A stretch of DNA of 64,000 nucleotides from Candidatus Sumerlaeia bacterium (GCA_033764015.1 JANRJK010000055.1:120441-184440), one strand, 5' to 3'. Positions 10,437-19,916 are shown, counted from the stretch's first letter. Notes: generated by a model from the sequence alone, not told the origin. Numbers and translations: made by a program.

Positions 10437-10910
10437 GTGTTTAGGGCCAAAAATGTGTGGCATGCAGTACTAGTAGCAGGGGTTGTTGCGATCGGGAACA
10501 CCCCCGCACACGACGTACCCGGCGGCGACGGGGACTGTGGGAGCAGCTTGGTAGTAAGAACACCCGCTGTCACGGAAACAACTCTCACGCGATGCAGCGT
10601 GTTTGGCTTGGGCGTGCTACTGGTCTGGGATTGCCCTGTTAACCAGCACCATGCCCCACAAACCTTCTCATGCTCATCTGGAACCGGATCCCTGAAGGAT
10701 TGCTGGGATACAACACTACCCGGCGCTGAAATGATCCGAACCGGTGGCGGTTGCCCGACAGTTCCAATTCCCTTGGCGCGCGAGTGTCGGCCAGGGACAG
10801 TGACCTATAATGATCTCCCTTCGTCGATCGGCAGCGGGAACTGCCGAACGAAGACAACGATCAAGGTCACTGTCGAGATTCAAGAAGTGGAATTGGAAGT
10901 CCAGCGGTGA
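10437..10910 (+). CDS. Cysteine-rich secreted hypothetical protein
   Basis: GTG 10437 with GAGGAG at 10421-10426 (ORF track starts at 10401). Signal-like N-terminus, 8 Cys in the mature part, lower GC than flanks. Confidence 0.7.
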   Translation: MFRAKNVWHAVLVAGVVAIGNTPAHDVPGGDGDCGSSLVVRTPAVTETTLTRCSVFGLGVLLVWDCPVNQHHAPQTFSCSSGTGSLKDCWDTTLPGAEMIRTGGGCPTVPIPLARECRPGTVTYNDLPSSIGSGNCRTKTTIKVTVEIQEVELEVQR

Positions 10911-11875
10911 GGCGAAGTGCCCCCTGCGGCTCTGCCCGAAGTCTCCTTGATCGGGCAGAGCCGCGCGCTGCCATCTGCCTCGGCTCCTTGCTCTGTTTGC
11001 TCCCTTCCGGCGTCGCGCAGGGACAGGGCACGTCAATTGACCAGCTAATGGAGCTGACGCACGCTTACGCGACTCCTCTCGATCAGTTCCTAATCAGGGG
11101 TGTCTTCAATGTAGAGAGTCTCTCAGAAGATAGTAGCCGAAACAGCGCGCAGTCACCAATTGCCCTTGAGATGCGAAGTCGTCCAGATGCTGCGCGACTC
11201 ATGATCGAGAGAAATAGTGTCAACGCCCATTACTTCAGAGGTTTCGACTTCTGGGCGCACGCGGAAGATCACGGAAACAAGCTCTTGTTGTTCTCGCAGA
11301 GTAATACACCATTAGGCTTCTTTCGAGACGAAGAGCGCGTTGCTTGGCAAGTTTACTCCGAGATTCTCTCCCCGCCGCTGATTGTTGAAGGACTTGGCAA
11401 CATTGCCTCGTTGATCAAGCGAGACGACCTGCCTCATTCACCCAGAACAAACTCGCCATACATGCTTGCTGAACTCCACGAAGGAATTCCAAATCCACCC
11501 GGGACGACTAACTTCATTAGTTTCGACTCCGATGATATGTGGAGAGGAGTTGAGATTGTGATCTATGCCGAGGTTCCGGGTGCTGGAGTAGGTGTGAATT
11601 CGTTCGCGTATCTTGATTGGCAACCTGTGGCTAGAGGAATCAGGCGCCCTCGCCTAGTGGTCGAGGAGTCATTCTCTCATCGATTATTCGAAGGGGTAAG
11701 CCCGGAGGTGGTCTTGAAGCGCCCGACAACGATCGAGAATCACAGGTTGCGGAGGCTCAACCTGGATGAGTTTACCGCTGTTTCGCAAACCCCTGACTCC
11801 CAGTTCCACCCCATACCTGGTCAAGATTTCCTGTCCTATCGTCCCATCGGAGGAACTGAAACCGTGAACTTGTGA
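10907..11875 (+). CDS. Secreted hypothetical protein; N-terminal part of an ORF interrupted by an in-frame TGA
   Basis: GTGA stop/start overlap with the upstream gene; signal peptide ending LLPSGVAQG; beta-rich sequence; same frame as 11915..13144. Confidence 0.7.
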   Translation: MRRSAPCGSARSLLDRAEPRAAICLGSLLCLLPSGVAQGQGTSIDQLMELTHAYATPLDQFLIRGVFNVESLSEDSSRNSAQSPIALEMRSRPDAARLMIERNSVNAHYFRGFDFWAHAEDHGNKLLLFSQSNTPLGFFRDEERVAWQVYSEILSPPLIVEGLGNIASLIKRDDLPHSPRTNSPYMLAELHEGIPNPPGTTNFISFDSDDMWRGVEIVIYAEVPGAGVGVNSFAYLDWQPVARGIRRPRLVVEESFSHRLFEGVSPEVVLKRPTTIENHRLRRLNLDEFTAVSQTPDSQFHPIPGQDFLSYRPIGGTETVNL

Positions 11876-11914
11876 CCCGATCAGCTCAATTGGAGAGTAA
11901 CCGACTTCGAGGAT

Positions 11915-13144
11915 TTGCCGTTCCAACGGCTGGATCCGCCCGATGTACCTCAGCGGCAGGGAGCGGAGTGGTTTGGGATGCGGGGATTGATTCTGCTTGC
12001 GGGATTGTTGGGAATAGTGCTTGCCGTCTTCCTCCGGTTTCGGCGTGGGGGCGCTGCGGGTCTGATCGCAGCGATTATGCTTGCAGAGTCCGCATACGCC
12101 GGACAGGGCCTCCCGGTTATCGAACTTGCGGCGTCTACCGAGACTGTTGCAGTCGCCCTTCCAAGCAATCCCTTAGTTCCTGGCGAGTCAATCACGATAT
12201 TCGTAAGAAACATGTTCGAATCGGAAATTTCGATTACCTCTGTCGCCTCCGACTGCTGGTGCATTGCTGCCCCCAATCTGCTAAGTCCGATCCGTCCCGG
12301 GGAGCTCGGCGCAGTCAGATTTCATGCCTCGTCGCCAGACCGCAATGCGAAGTTCTGGCAACGTAACTTGACGTTGACGTATACGGTCGCCGGAACGGGG
12401 GAAACCCACACTTCGCCGGTTCGACTCGACTTCTCGACGGTTGATTCACCAGCACCTAAGGGTAATGTTGTCTTTACCCATCTTGCATCGGACGTGCAGA
12501 CCGTTGCCGTGGAGTTCAACCTTCACCGCAAGCATAAGGAAAGTGATTTCACACTCGAAGCAGTCACTCTCGATGGCCTCCCCATCGAAGTCGATCAGGC
12601 AAACTGGGCCCCTTCCACGAGTTCGAACAACCCCAATACATTGAGCGTGATCGTAATGGTCCCCATGCTGGAGTCGCCAGATCGCTACTTTGCATTGGAC
12701 TTTACCTTTGCCACCAAGAAGGGTGACCGGGTAACCCGAAGTGTGCTGCTCGTCCAAAACGGGCACCGCAGCTATAGCGTGACACCGAAGTCGATTGAAA
12801 ACCTGGACTTCACCGTTGGCGAGAAGTCGGATGTTACCTTCGCAATCCGGCACAAGGAGGGTTCACCCTTTCGGGTCCTCGCACAAGACATACCCAAGGG
12901 TGTCGAGGTTGTTTCCTTCGATGACTCAACGCCCGGGACGTTGATTCTAAATCTGTCCGTTTCGCATACCGAATTCGAAACGGCTCAGTCAGTACGTCGG
13001 CAGGCCGGCATCCCTGCACTATCAACAATTGAAAGACTCATTAGCCTTACCGTTAGCACCGGCGATGCGCTTGATTCGGCGTTTATCACGTTACATGCTT
13101 CCAGCATCATTGAGCAGCTACCCCCTCCACCCGGAAGCCAGTGA
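11915..13144 (+). CDS. DUF1573-like (Ig/PapD-like) domain protein with two N-terminal hydrophobic segments; probably the C-terminal part of the preceding ORF
   Basis: ISITSVASDCWCI resembles the DUF1573 'I..V..SCGCT' motif, followed by beta-strand-rich Ig-like segments. Confidence 0.6.
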   Translation: MPFQRLDPPDVPQRQGAEWFGMRGLILLAGLLGIVLAVFLRFRRGGAAGLIAAIMLAESAYAGQGLPVIELAASTETVAVALPSNPLVPGESITIFVRNMFESEISITSVASDCWCIAAPNLLSPIRPGELGAVRFHASSPDRNAKFWQRNLTLTYTVAGTGETHTSPVRLDFSTVDSPAPKGNVVFTHLASDVQTVAVEFNLHRKHKESDFTLEAVTLDGLPIEVDQANWAPSTSSNNPNTLSVIVMVPMLESPDRYFALDFTFATKKGDRVTRSVLLVQNGHRSYSVTPKSIENLDFTVGEKSDVTFAIRHKEGSPFRVLAQDIPKGVEVVSFDDSTPGTLILNLSVSHTEFETAQSVRRQAGIPALSTIERLISLTVSTGDALDSAFITLHASSIIEQLPPPPGSQ

Positions 13145-13172
13145 CCTCTCTGGCTGTCCGCCCCGCCCCCCC

Positions 13173-14606
13173 CTACTCCCCAAACAACAAGTAAACCACC
13201 CGCGGATCATCTTCCCCCGCGACCATGAAGTCGAACACGAGGGGGCCTTCCCGTTCCATCGTCACCGTGGCGCGGGTGCTACCGGGTTCGTCGCCTTTTG
13301 TTAGCTCGATTTCCCCCGGGGATCCGTGCGTGGCGAAGTGGCCGGCGAAGGCGAGGCGCAGGCCGAGCGCCGGCACTTCGTCGAGGAAGCCCGGGTGGAA
13401 CGCGCCGCCGAGGTCCTTGGGGGGGTCCGCCGTGATGAGCGACGCCACGCGCCGCGCGGCGACCAGTTCCGTCGAGGGGATCGGCGCCACCGCGTCGAGC
13501 AGCCCTGCGGCCTCGCCGAGCAGGTCGAAGCCCTCCGCGGTCACGCCGCGGTCCGAGTTGGCGAGCAGCACCACGCCGAGGCCGCGGCGGCGCTCGAAGC
13601 CCATGAAGCTGGCGAAGCCGCCCACGGAGCCGTTGTGCCAGACCACCTCGCCGTAGGGTTTGCGCGTGATGTGCCAGCCGAGGCCCACGGCGGTGTCCCA
13701 TTCCTTGCCCGTGGGGCGCGCGGGGGTTTGCGCCTCCCGGAGCGAGCGGCTGGCGACGGCGGGGGTTTCCGACTCGCCGGCGCGCATCTGCCAGGCGAGG
13801 AATGCAGCGAGGTCGCGCGTGCTCGCGACCACCGACCCGGCGGAATCCATCGCGCCGAGGTTCCACCACGGAGCGGGCTTCTCCGGCGCGTCGCCCTGAT
13901 AGCCGCGGGCCAACTCCGGCCCGGCGTCTTCGCGCCTGGGCGCCACGCGCATGGAATCAAGGCCGAGCGGCTCCGCGATGCGCTTGCGGACCAGTTCCGC
14001 GTAGGGTTCGCCGGCGGCCTTCTCGATCACCCGGCCCAGCACGCCGAAGGCGAAGTTCGAATACCCGTAGCGGCGCCCCGCGGGCGCGTCCGGCGGCGTG
14101 CGCGGGATCGCGGCGAAGAGGCGGCGCTCCTCGTAGCCGTTGTACGGATCGCCCTCGGGCGAGGGGCGCTTCATGTTCGACGGCATCCGCGCGAAGCCGG
14201 AAGTGTGCATGGCGAGGTCGCGGAGCGTGGCGGTCTCGCCGAGCGGCCCCGTCGGCGCGGCGACGCCCTCCGGCAGGTACTGGCCGAGCGGATCGTCCAG
14301 CCGCAGCCGCCCCTCGTCGCGCAGCGCCACCAGCAGCGTCGCCGTGACCACCTTGCTGATCGAGCCGACGGCGAAGACCGTGTCGGGCGTCACGGGGCGC
14401 TCCGGGTCGCGGTCCGCTAGGCCGTAGCCTTCGAGCAGCACCGGCTCGCCGCCGTGCAGGAGCGCGAAGCCGAGCCCCGGCGCGGCGGTGGATTCGCGGA
14501 TCGCGCTCGCCTTTTCCCCCACCGGTGCCCAATCAATGGCGGTGGTGTCGGCGGGCGCGGCGGCGGCGAGCGCCCACACGGCGATGGCGGCGGCGATGGA
14601 ACGCAT
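13173..14606 (-). CDS. Secreted serine hydrolase, beta-lactamase class C/AmpC-related, with C-terminal extension
   Basis: Signal peptide MRSIAAAIAVWALAAAAPA, SISK (SxxK), HTSG, YSN (YxN), WHNG. Confidence 0.9.
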   Translation of the reverse strand: MRSIAAAIAVWALAAAAPADTTAIDWAPVGEKASAIRESTAAPGLGFALLHGGEPVLLEGYGLADRDPERPVTPDTVFAVGSISKVVTATLLVALRDEGRLRLDDPLGQYLPEGVAAPTGPLGETATLRDLAMHTSGFARMPSNMKRPSPEGDPYNGYEERRLFAAIPRTPPDAPAGRRYGYSNFAFGVLGRVIEKAAGEPYAELVRKRIAEPLGLDSMRVAPRREDAGPELARGYQGDAPEKPAPWWNLGAMDSAGSVVASTRDLAAFLAWQMRAGESETPAVASRSLREAQTPARPTGKEWDTAVGLGWHITRKPYGEVVWHNGSVGGFASFMGFERRRGLGVVLLANSDRGVTAEGFDLLGEAAGLLDAVAPIPSTELVAARRVASLITADPPKDLGGAFHPGFLDEVPALGLRLAFAGHFATHGSPGEIELTKGDEPGSTRATVTMEREGPLVFDFMVAGEDDPRVVYLLFGE

Positions 14607-14706
14607 GAGGAAACCCCTTCCGGCGGACTCGAACCCTTCGGGGAGTGATACCGGCGCGCGCCGCGATTCCTTCAATGCCGCAGCGCCGGAGCCCGACGCG
14701 GTCGAG

Positions 14707-15171
14707 GTGGACTGGGACCGGCTCCGCCGCTTCGCCAACTCGTGGATTCCGTTCTACGTCGTGTGCTTCGCCGACTCGGAGGGAAACCCGCACGCGGTGC
14801 CGATCGGCTCCCTGCGGTGGAACCGGCGCGGCCATGGCTTCTTCTTCCAAGTCTTCGCGCGGCGGCTCGACGAGGCCCGCGACGGGCGCGTCTGCATCGT
14901 GGGGCTCGACGCGAACCCGTGGCACTGGGCGCGGGCGTTCCTCACGGGCGCCTTCCGCCAGCCCCCCGGCCTGCGCGTCCACGCGCGCCTCGGCCCGGTG
15001 CGCCCCGCGTCCAAGGCGGAACTCGACTGGTGGCGCCGGCGCACGCTCCTGCTGCGCCCCTTCCGCGGCGCGAGGCTGCTGTGGGGCGACATGCGGCGTG
15101 TGCGCGACATCGAAGTGCTCGCGGTCGATCCGCTGCGCATCGGCGCGATGACGCGCGGCGCGCGTTACTAA
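14707..15171 (+). CDS. Pyridoxamine 5'-phosphate oxidase-like (FMN-binding split barrel) protein
   Basis: FADSEGNPHAVPIGSL resembles the PNPOx N-terminal motif; start codon uncertain. Confidence 0.55.
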   Translation: MDWDRLRRFANSWIPFYVVCFADSEGNPHAVPIGSLRWNRRGHGFFFQVFARRLDEARDGRVCIVGLDANPWHWARAFLTGAFRQPPGLRVHARLGPVRPASKAELDWWRRRTLLLRPFRGARLLWGDMRRVRDIEVLAVDPLRIGAMTRGARY

Positions 15172-15182
15172 GGGGCCGCCCC

Positions 15183-15956
15183 GTGCTCAAGAAGCTCCAC
15201 GCCATCGTGCTCGGCCTGTTCGACAGCGGCGAGACATCGCTCGTCGCACGCGTCCTGAGCGCCGAGGAGGGCCTCATCTCCGTCATGGCGAAGGGCGCCC
15301 GCGCGTCCAAGTCGCGCGTCGGCGCCGTGCTCCAGCCGCTCGCGCTGCTCGAAATCGAGGTGTCGCACGGCGGCTCCGGCATGGCGACGCTGCGCACGGC
15401 GTCGGCGCTCCACGCGCACGGCGAATTCGCGCGGGAACCGCGGCGCCTCGCGGCGGGGTGCGTGGCGGCGGAGGCGGCGTCGCTCTTCGCGGCGGAAGGC
15501 GTCCGCGCGGTGGAGCTGGTGGCCTCGCTGGCGGAGTCGCTCCACGCGCTGGCGCAGGCGCCCGCGGCGTCGCTCGACGCGGCGCTGGCGGACGCGTTGC
15601 GCGGCGCGGCGGCGCAGGCGGGCGTGCTGCCGCGCATCGACGCGGAGCTGCTCGAGCGCCGCGGCGCGCCGAAGCCCGCGCTGTTCTGGCTGGACACCCG
15701 CGACGGCGCGCTCCATGCGCGCGGCCCCCAGCCCCGCGAGGCGCCCGAGTGGCCGCTCGCCATCGCGGCGGGCGCGCGCGAGGTGCCCGTGCCGCCGTCC
15801 TTCCTGCGCGCGGTGTACCAGCACGGCGGCGAGCCCCCGCCCGCGCCGCCCCCCGTCGAGGCGCGCGCCGCGGTCGAGGCGTGGATCCGCTTCCTCGAAG
15901 CGCAGGCGGGCGCGCCGCTCCGGAGCGTCCCCACCTGGCGCGCGCTGCGGGGCTAG
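15183..15956 (+). CDS. recO: DNA repair protein RecO (divergent C-terminus)
   Basis: AIVL...GETSLVARVLSAEEGLISVMAKGARASKSR...LQPL matches the RecO N-terminal OB domain; ends LRS. Confidence 0.8.
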   Translation: MLKKLHAIVLGLFDSGETSLVARVLSAEEGLISVMAKGARASKSRVGAVLQPLALLEIEVSHGGSGMATLRTASALHAHGEFAREPRRLAAGCVAAEAASLFAAEGVRAVELVASLAESLHALAQAPAASLDAALADALRGAAAQAGVLPRIDAELLERRGAPKPALFWLDTRDGALHARGPQPREAPEWPLAIAAGAREVPVPPSFLRAVYQHGGEPPPAPPPVEARAAVEAWIRFLEAQAGAPLRSVPTWRALRG

Positions 15957-16180
15957 GGCGCCCCTCCGCGCCGCACAACACACCAGTGGCAGCGCGTCCC
16001 GCCTCCAACCTCCCCTTGATCGCCGGAGCGCTTGATGGGTGCATCGCGCATTCCTTCTCTTGGCGGCCCGCGCGGTCCCGATCCGGCTGCGGCGGTCGAC
16101 CTTCCTGTGGCCCTACGAAGGATTCTGAGGCGGCGCGGCGGCGATTTTCCGGTTGCGTCGCGGCGGCCGCCCCGTGCCAT

Positions 16181-16198
16181 CGTTCAATATCCTGAACG
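16181..16198. promoter_or_regulatory. Inverted repeat (candidate operator) upstream of the MATE gene
   Basis: CGTTCA-ATATCC-TGAACG perfect 6-bp palindrome, downstream of a TTGCGT -35-like hexamer at 16153. Confidence 0.4.
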
Positions 16199-16226
16199 GC
16201 CCTTGCCGCAGGAGGCACCCCTCCCG

Positions 16227-16256
16227 ATGAAGCCAACCACCATCATTCGCGCCTGA
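16227..16256 (+). other. Candidate leader peptide MKPTTIIRA
   Basis: AGGAGG at 16210-16215, ATG 16227, TGA 16254-16256, 75 nt before the first MATE ATG. Confidence 0.35.
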
Positions 16257-16331
16257 CCCGACCAACTCCGGTCCAGCCACGCATCGCGCGACTTTCGACG
16301 CGGCGCCTCCAGCGCCGACGGGTGCCTTCCA

Positions 16332-17870
16332 ATGAGTTCCGAGAATTTCCCGATCCGCGGGGACCTCGCGTCCCCGGCCCCAAGGCGGGCGCGTCTCCTG
16401 ATGCGCCCGACGCTCGAGGGGCCCGCCGGCTTCCGCGAGCTGCTCGCGGTCGCCTGGCCGCTCATGATCTCGCAGGCGATCCACGCCGTGAACCTGTTCC
16501 TGGACCGCGTGTTCCTCGCGCGGTACGATGGTGTGCACTTCGCCGCCGCGTCCCCCGCGGGCGTGACGTGGTGGATGTCGATCTCGCTCGGCATGGGACT
16601 GGTCGGCTACGTCAGCACCTTCGTCGCGCAGTACAACGGCGCGGGGCGCGGCCAGCGCATGGGGGCGGCGCTCTGGCAGGCGATCCACCTTGGCGTGCTC
16701 TTCGCCGCGGCCTCGCTCGTGCTCACCTTCGTTTCCGGCCCCTTCTTCCAGTGGGTCGGCCACGAAGGCGGGCAGCCCGCGCTGCAGGCCGCCTATTTCA
16801 ACGTGCTCTGCTACGGCACACTCGCGGCGATGCTCAATGCGGCGCTCAGCGGCTACTTCACCGGGCAGGGGCGCACGCGCTTCGTGCTCGCGGTGAACAG
16901 CGTCTCGGCGGTGGTGAACGCGCTGCTGAACTGGTGGTTCATCTTCCACGGCGGACCCTTCGACCTTGTCGAGAAGGGCATCGTGGGCGCCGCCTGGGCC
17001 ACCGTGCTCGGGACTATGGCGAGCACCGCGATCTTCCTCTGGTTCGCCCTCCGCGCCCGCGAGCGCCGCAGCCACGGCACCGGCGCCTGGGCGATCGACC
17101 CGGACCTGATGCGGCGCATGGTGCGCTTCGGCCTGCCGTCGGGCTTCCACATGCTCGTCGACATGATCGCCTTCAACGTCTTCTTCCTCGTGGTCGGCAA
17201 GTTCGGCCTCGTGGCGCAGATCGCCAGCAGCATGGCGATGACGATCAACATGCTCTTCTTCGTCCCGGCCATGGGCCTGCACCAGGCGGTGCAGGTGCTC
17301 ACCGGGAAGTTCCTCGCCGCCGGACGCCGCGAGGAGGCGGAGCAGGCCACCGGCAACGCGACGATCCTCTCCGTGTCGTACTTCGCAGCGTTCACCGTGG
17401 CCGTCGTCGCGGCCCCGGGGCTCTTCCTCGGAGCCTACGGCACCGTGGAGCTGGACAACCCCGCGCTCGCCGCGGAGGTGGACCGGCTCGGGCGGCTGCT
17501 GCTGCTGGTGGTCGCGCTTTACTCGCTCTTCGACGGCGTCTGCTTGGTGCTGGCCGGCGCGCTCAAGGGCGCCGGCGACACCAAGTGGGTCATGTGGGTC
17601 AGCCTCGGCCTCAGCCAAGCGCTGCTCACGCTGCCCTGCCTGGCGCTCTGGTGGTTCTCCGCCACGCTCGATCCGCGCACCGGCGTGATGCTGTGCTGGG
17701 GCGCGCTATGGCTTTACATCTGCGTCATCACCGCGTTCTATATCGGGCGGTATCGCGGCGGGCGCTGGATGGACATGCGCGTCATCGAGGAAGCGCCGCC
17801 GCTCATCTCGCTGGAGGAGACTCCGCGCCTCGCCCCCGCGCGCGAGCGCGCCGAAGCCTCACCCGCATAA
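16332..17870 (+). CDS. MATE family efflux transporter
   Basis: About 12 TM segments, AWPLMI, DRVFL, GYFTGQGRTR, GIVGAAWAT, RFGLPSG, GALKGAGDT. Start could be ATG 16401. Confidence 0.93.
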   Translation: MSSENFPIRGDLASPAPRRARLLMRPTLEGPAGFRELLAVAWPLMISQAIHAVNLFLDRVFLARYDGVHFAAASPAGVTWWMSISLGMGLVGYVSTFVAQYNGAGRGQRMGAALWQAIHLGVLFAAASLVLTFVSGPFFQWVGHEGGQPALQAAYFNVLCYGTLAAMLNAALSGYFTGQGRTRFVLAVNSVSAVVNALLNWWFIFHGGPFDLVEKGIVGAAWATVLGTMASTAIFLWFALRARERRSHGTGAWAIDPDLMRRMVRFGLPSGFHMLVDMIAFNVFFLVVGKFGLVAQIASSMAMTINMLFFVPAMGLHQAVQVLTGKFLAAGRREEAEQATGNATILSVSYFAAFTVAVVAAPGLFLGAYGTVELDNPALAAEVDRLGRLLLLVVALYSLFDGVCLVLAGALKGAGDTKWVMWVSLGLSQALLTLPCLALWWFSATLDPRTGVMLCWGALWLYICVITAFYIGRYRGGRWMDMRVIEEAPPLISLEETPRLAPARERAEASPA

Positions 17871-17887
17871 ACCGCGAAGGAGACGCC

Positions 17888-18229
17888 ATGATGCGTGTGT
17901 CGATCGACATGGACCGGGTCCGCGCCGCCGCCGCGGCCGCGATCCCCGATGGCGTGGGCGCCGCCCGCTTTGTCAAGAAGCGCGTCCTCGGCGGCGCCCT
18001 CCGCCAACTCGACAAGATCGATCCCGAGGTCGCCGCGGGGCTGCTCGCCGCGCAGCGCTCTTTCTTCGCCGCCGGCAAGGCGTTCTTCGATGAAGAAATG
18101 AAGCACGCCGAGCGCGCCGAAGCGAAGTTCCGCGCCAAGGCCCAGGCCGCCAAGCATCCCGCGCCCCCCGAGCCCGCCGCGCCCGCGCCCGAGCCCCAGG
18201 AGCGCGTGGACGACGCGCGCCCGGATTGA
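17888..18229 (+). CDS. Hypothetical helical protein
   Basis: AAGGAG RBS before ATG 17888; 113 aa; host-like codon usage. Confidence 0.7.
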   Translation: MMRVSIDMDRVRAAAAAAIPDGVGAARFVKKRVLGGALRQLDKIDPEVAAGLLAAQRSFFAAGKAFFDEEMKHAERAEAKFRAKAQAAKHPAPPEPAAPAPEPQERVDDARPD

Positions 18230-18251
18230 CCGGAGCCACGCCCGACACCAC

Positions 18252-18962
18252 GTGCGCATCACGGTCCTCACGCTCTTCCCCAACTGGTTCGACGGACCCT
18301 TCGGCGAATCCATGATCCAGCGGGGGCGCGACAACGGCGCCCTTGAAATCGAACTGGTCAACTTCCGCGACTTCGCCACGGACCGGCACCGCACCGTGGA
18401 CGACGCGCCCTACGGCGGCGGCGGCGGAATGGTGCTCAAGGCGCCCCCGCTCGCCGCCGCCCTCGATGCCACCGCCGGCGCCCCCGGCTCCGAAGGCCGC
18501 GCCCACGTCATCTACACCTCCCCCGCGGGCGCGCCCTTCACCCAGCGCCGCGCCGAGGAACTCGCCAAGCTCCCCCGCGTCGCCATCATCTGCGGCCACT
18601 ACGAAGGCCTCGACCAGCGTCTCATCGACTCGCGCGTGGACGAGGAAATCAGCATCGGCGACTACGTCCTCACCGGGGGTGAAATCGCCGCCATGGCGAT
18701 TGTCGATGCGGTGGCGCGGCTGCTCCCCGGCGTGCTCGGCAACGAAGCCGGCGCCCGCGACGACTCGATCGCGACCGGCCTCCTCGAAGCCCCGCAATAC
18801 ACCCGCCCGGAGGTCTTCGAAGGCCGCCCGGTGCCCGACATCCTCCTCAGCGGCCACCACGCGAAAGTCGCCGCCTGGCGCGCGCGGCAATCGGAACAGC
18901 TCACCCGCCAGCGCCGCCCCGACCTCTGGCAAGCGCACCAGGACGCGAAGTTCAGGAAGTAG
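18252..18962 (+). CDS. trmD: tRNA (guanine37-N1)-methyltransferase
   Basis: [49 protein letters not shown]. Confidence 0.98.
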   Translation: MRITVLTLFPNWFDGPFGESMIQRGRDNGALEIELVNFRDFATDRHRTVDDAPYGGGGGMVLKAPPLAAALDATAGAPGSEGRAHVIYTSPAGAPFTQRRAEELAKLPRVAIICGHYEGLDQRLIDSRVDEEISIGDYVLTGGEIAAMAIVDAVARLLPGVLGNEAGARDDSIATGLLEAPQYTRPEVFEGRPVPDILLSGHHAKVAAWRARQSEQLTRQRRPDLWQAHQDAKFRK

Positions 18963-19262
18963 AAGGGCGGCGGGATTCCCCCCAGCGCCCTTGCCGCGGG
19001 GCTCCGCACCCGCGCCACGCCCAAGAATCGGGTCTGCGGGGTCGCCCAGGTTCTGCGTTCCAGCGTCGCCTCAATCTTCCCGGTGCGTTTCAGCCACCGG
19101 CGAAGCGCGCCCGACTGCGTCCCCCCGAAGACGCGAAGGGGGCCAGCGGTACCAGCGAGTTGCCTGCCATCAAGATTTGGTGGATTGACCTTTCCGATCG
19201 GGAACTGGAAAGTTCAAAAGTGTCACCGTCGTTTCCAGAGGCAGCGCGAAAGGGCAAAGCCC

Positions 19263-19916
19263 ATGGTGGAGATTGCCGTCGGACTCATCCTGTGTGTTCT
19301 CGCGACGCCGTTCTGGGTGTTGGCGGTTCTGACTTCCCCGCTGCGGAAACTGGTGGAGCCGCGGGTGCGCTCCGATCTGGCGACGACTCCCATCGTTCCG
19401 GAGCTCTACCTGCGGGAATCGCTCGGGGCGAAGTTGCCGCTCGCGCGGTTGCCGGCCTACGCGGGTGCGGTCGGCGTCGGGCTCGTGGCGCTTTCGATGC
19501 TGAGCGGATCCTCTTCCCAAGGGCACTATGCCCAGGGCTGGGCCATCGTTTCCTACATCGCGCTCTTCGCGGGTTTCTTCACGATTCTGATGGAGCGCGT
19601 CGCGACGCTGGGCGCATTGAACGCCGCGGTCTCAGCGTGCGAGCGTGGAACCGAGTTGCCGGTTTGGCGGGCGACCGCTTCAACACTCATCCTCCTCGCC
19701 CGCTTCGCCTTCGTGACCTGGGGGGCGATCGTGCTGACAGACTTTGCGAGCGGGTACTTTGACCTGATCCCAAACCGCAGGCATCGCGAGCTGGCGTCCG
19801 TGGCCGTGGGCCTAGTCATCGTCGTCGGTGCGTGCCTCGTTGCGCACCGCCGCCAAATCCTTGCGTGGCGCCGACTCGCGGTCGTGTACCTGCAGATGGA
19901 GCCACCCTCGCGCTGA
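19263..19916 (+). CDS. Hypothetical multi-pass membrane protein
   Basis: About 5 hydrophobic segments; somewhat lower GC and atypical codons; no recognised motif. Confidence 0.55.
   Translation: MVEIAVGLILCVLATPFWVLAVLTSPLRKLVEPRVRSDLATTPIVPELYLRESLGAKLPLARLPAYAGAVGVGLVALSMLSGSSSQGHYAQGWAIVSYIALFAGFFTILMERVATLGALNAAVSACERGTELPVWRATASTLILLARFAFVTWGAIVLTDFASGYFDLIPNRRHRELASVAVGLVIVVGACLVAHRRQILAWRRLAVVYLQMEPPSR

Noticed and set aside
11873..11915. Selenocysteine insertion at the in-frame TGA
   Set aside because: Only a weak CTC/GAG mini-stem follows and there is no redox-motif context. Not supported, though not formally excluded.
19230..19262. GCGAAAGGGCAAAGCC as a c-di-GMP-I riboswitch
   Set aside because: Element order and the P1/P2 pairing do not fit, and it abuts the start codon.
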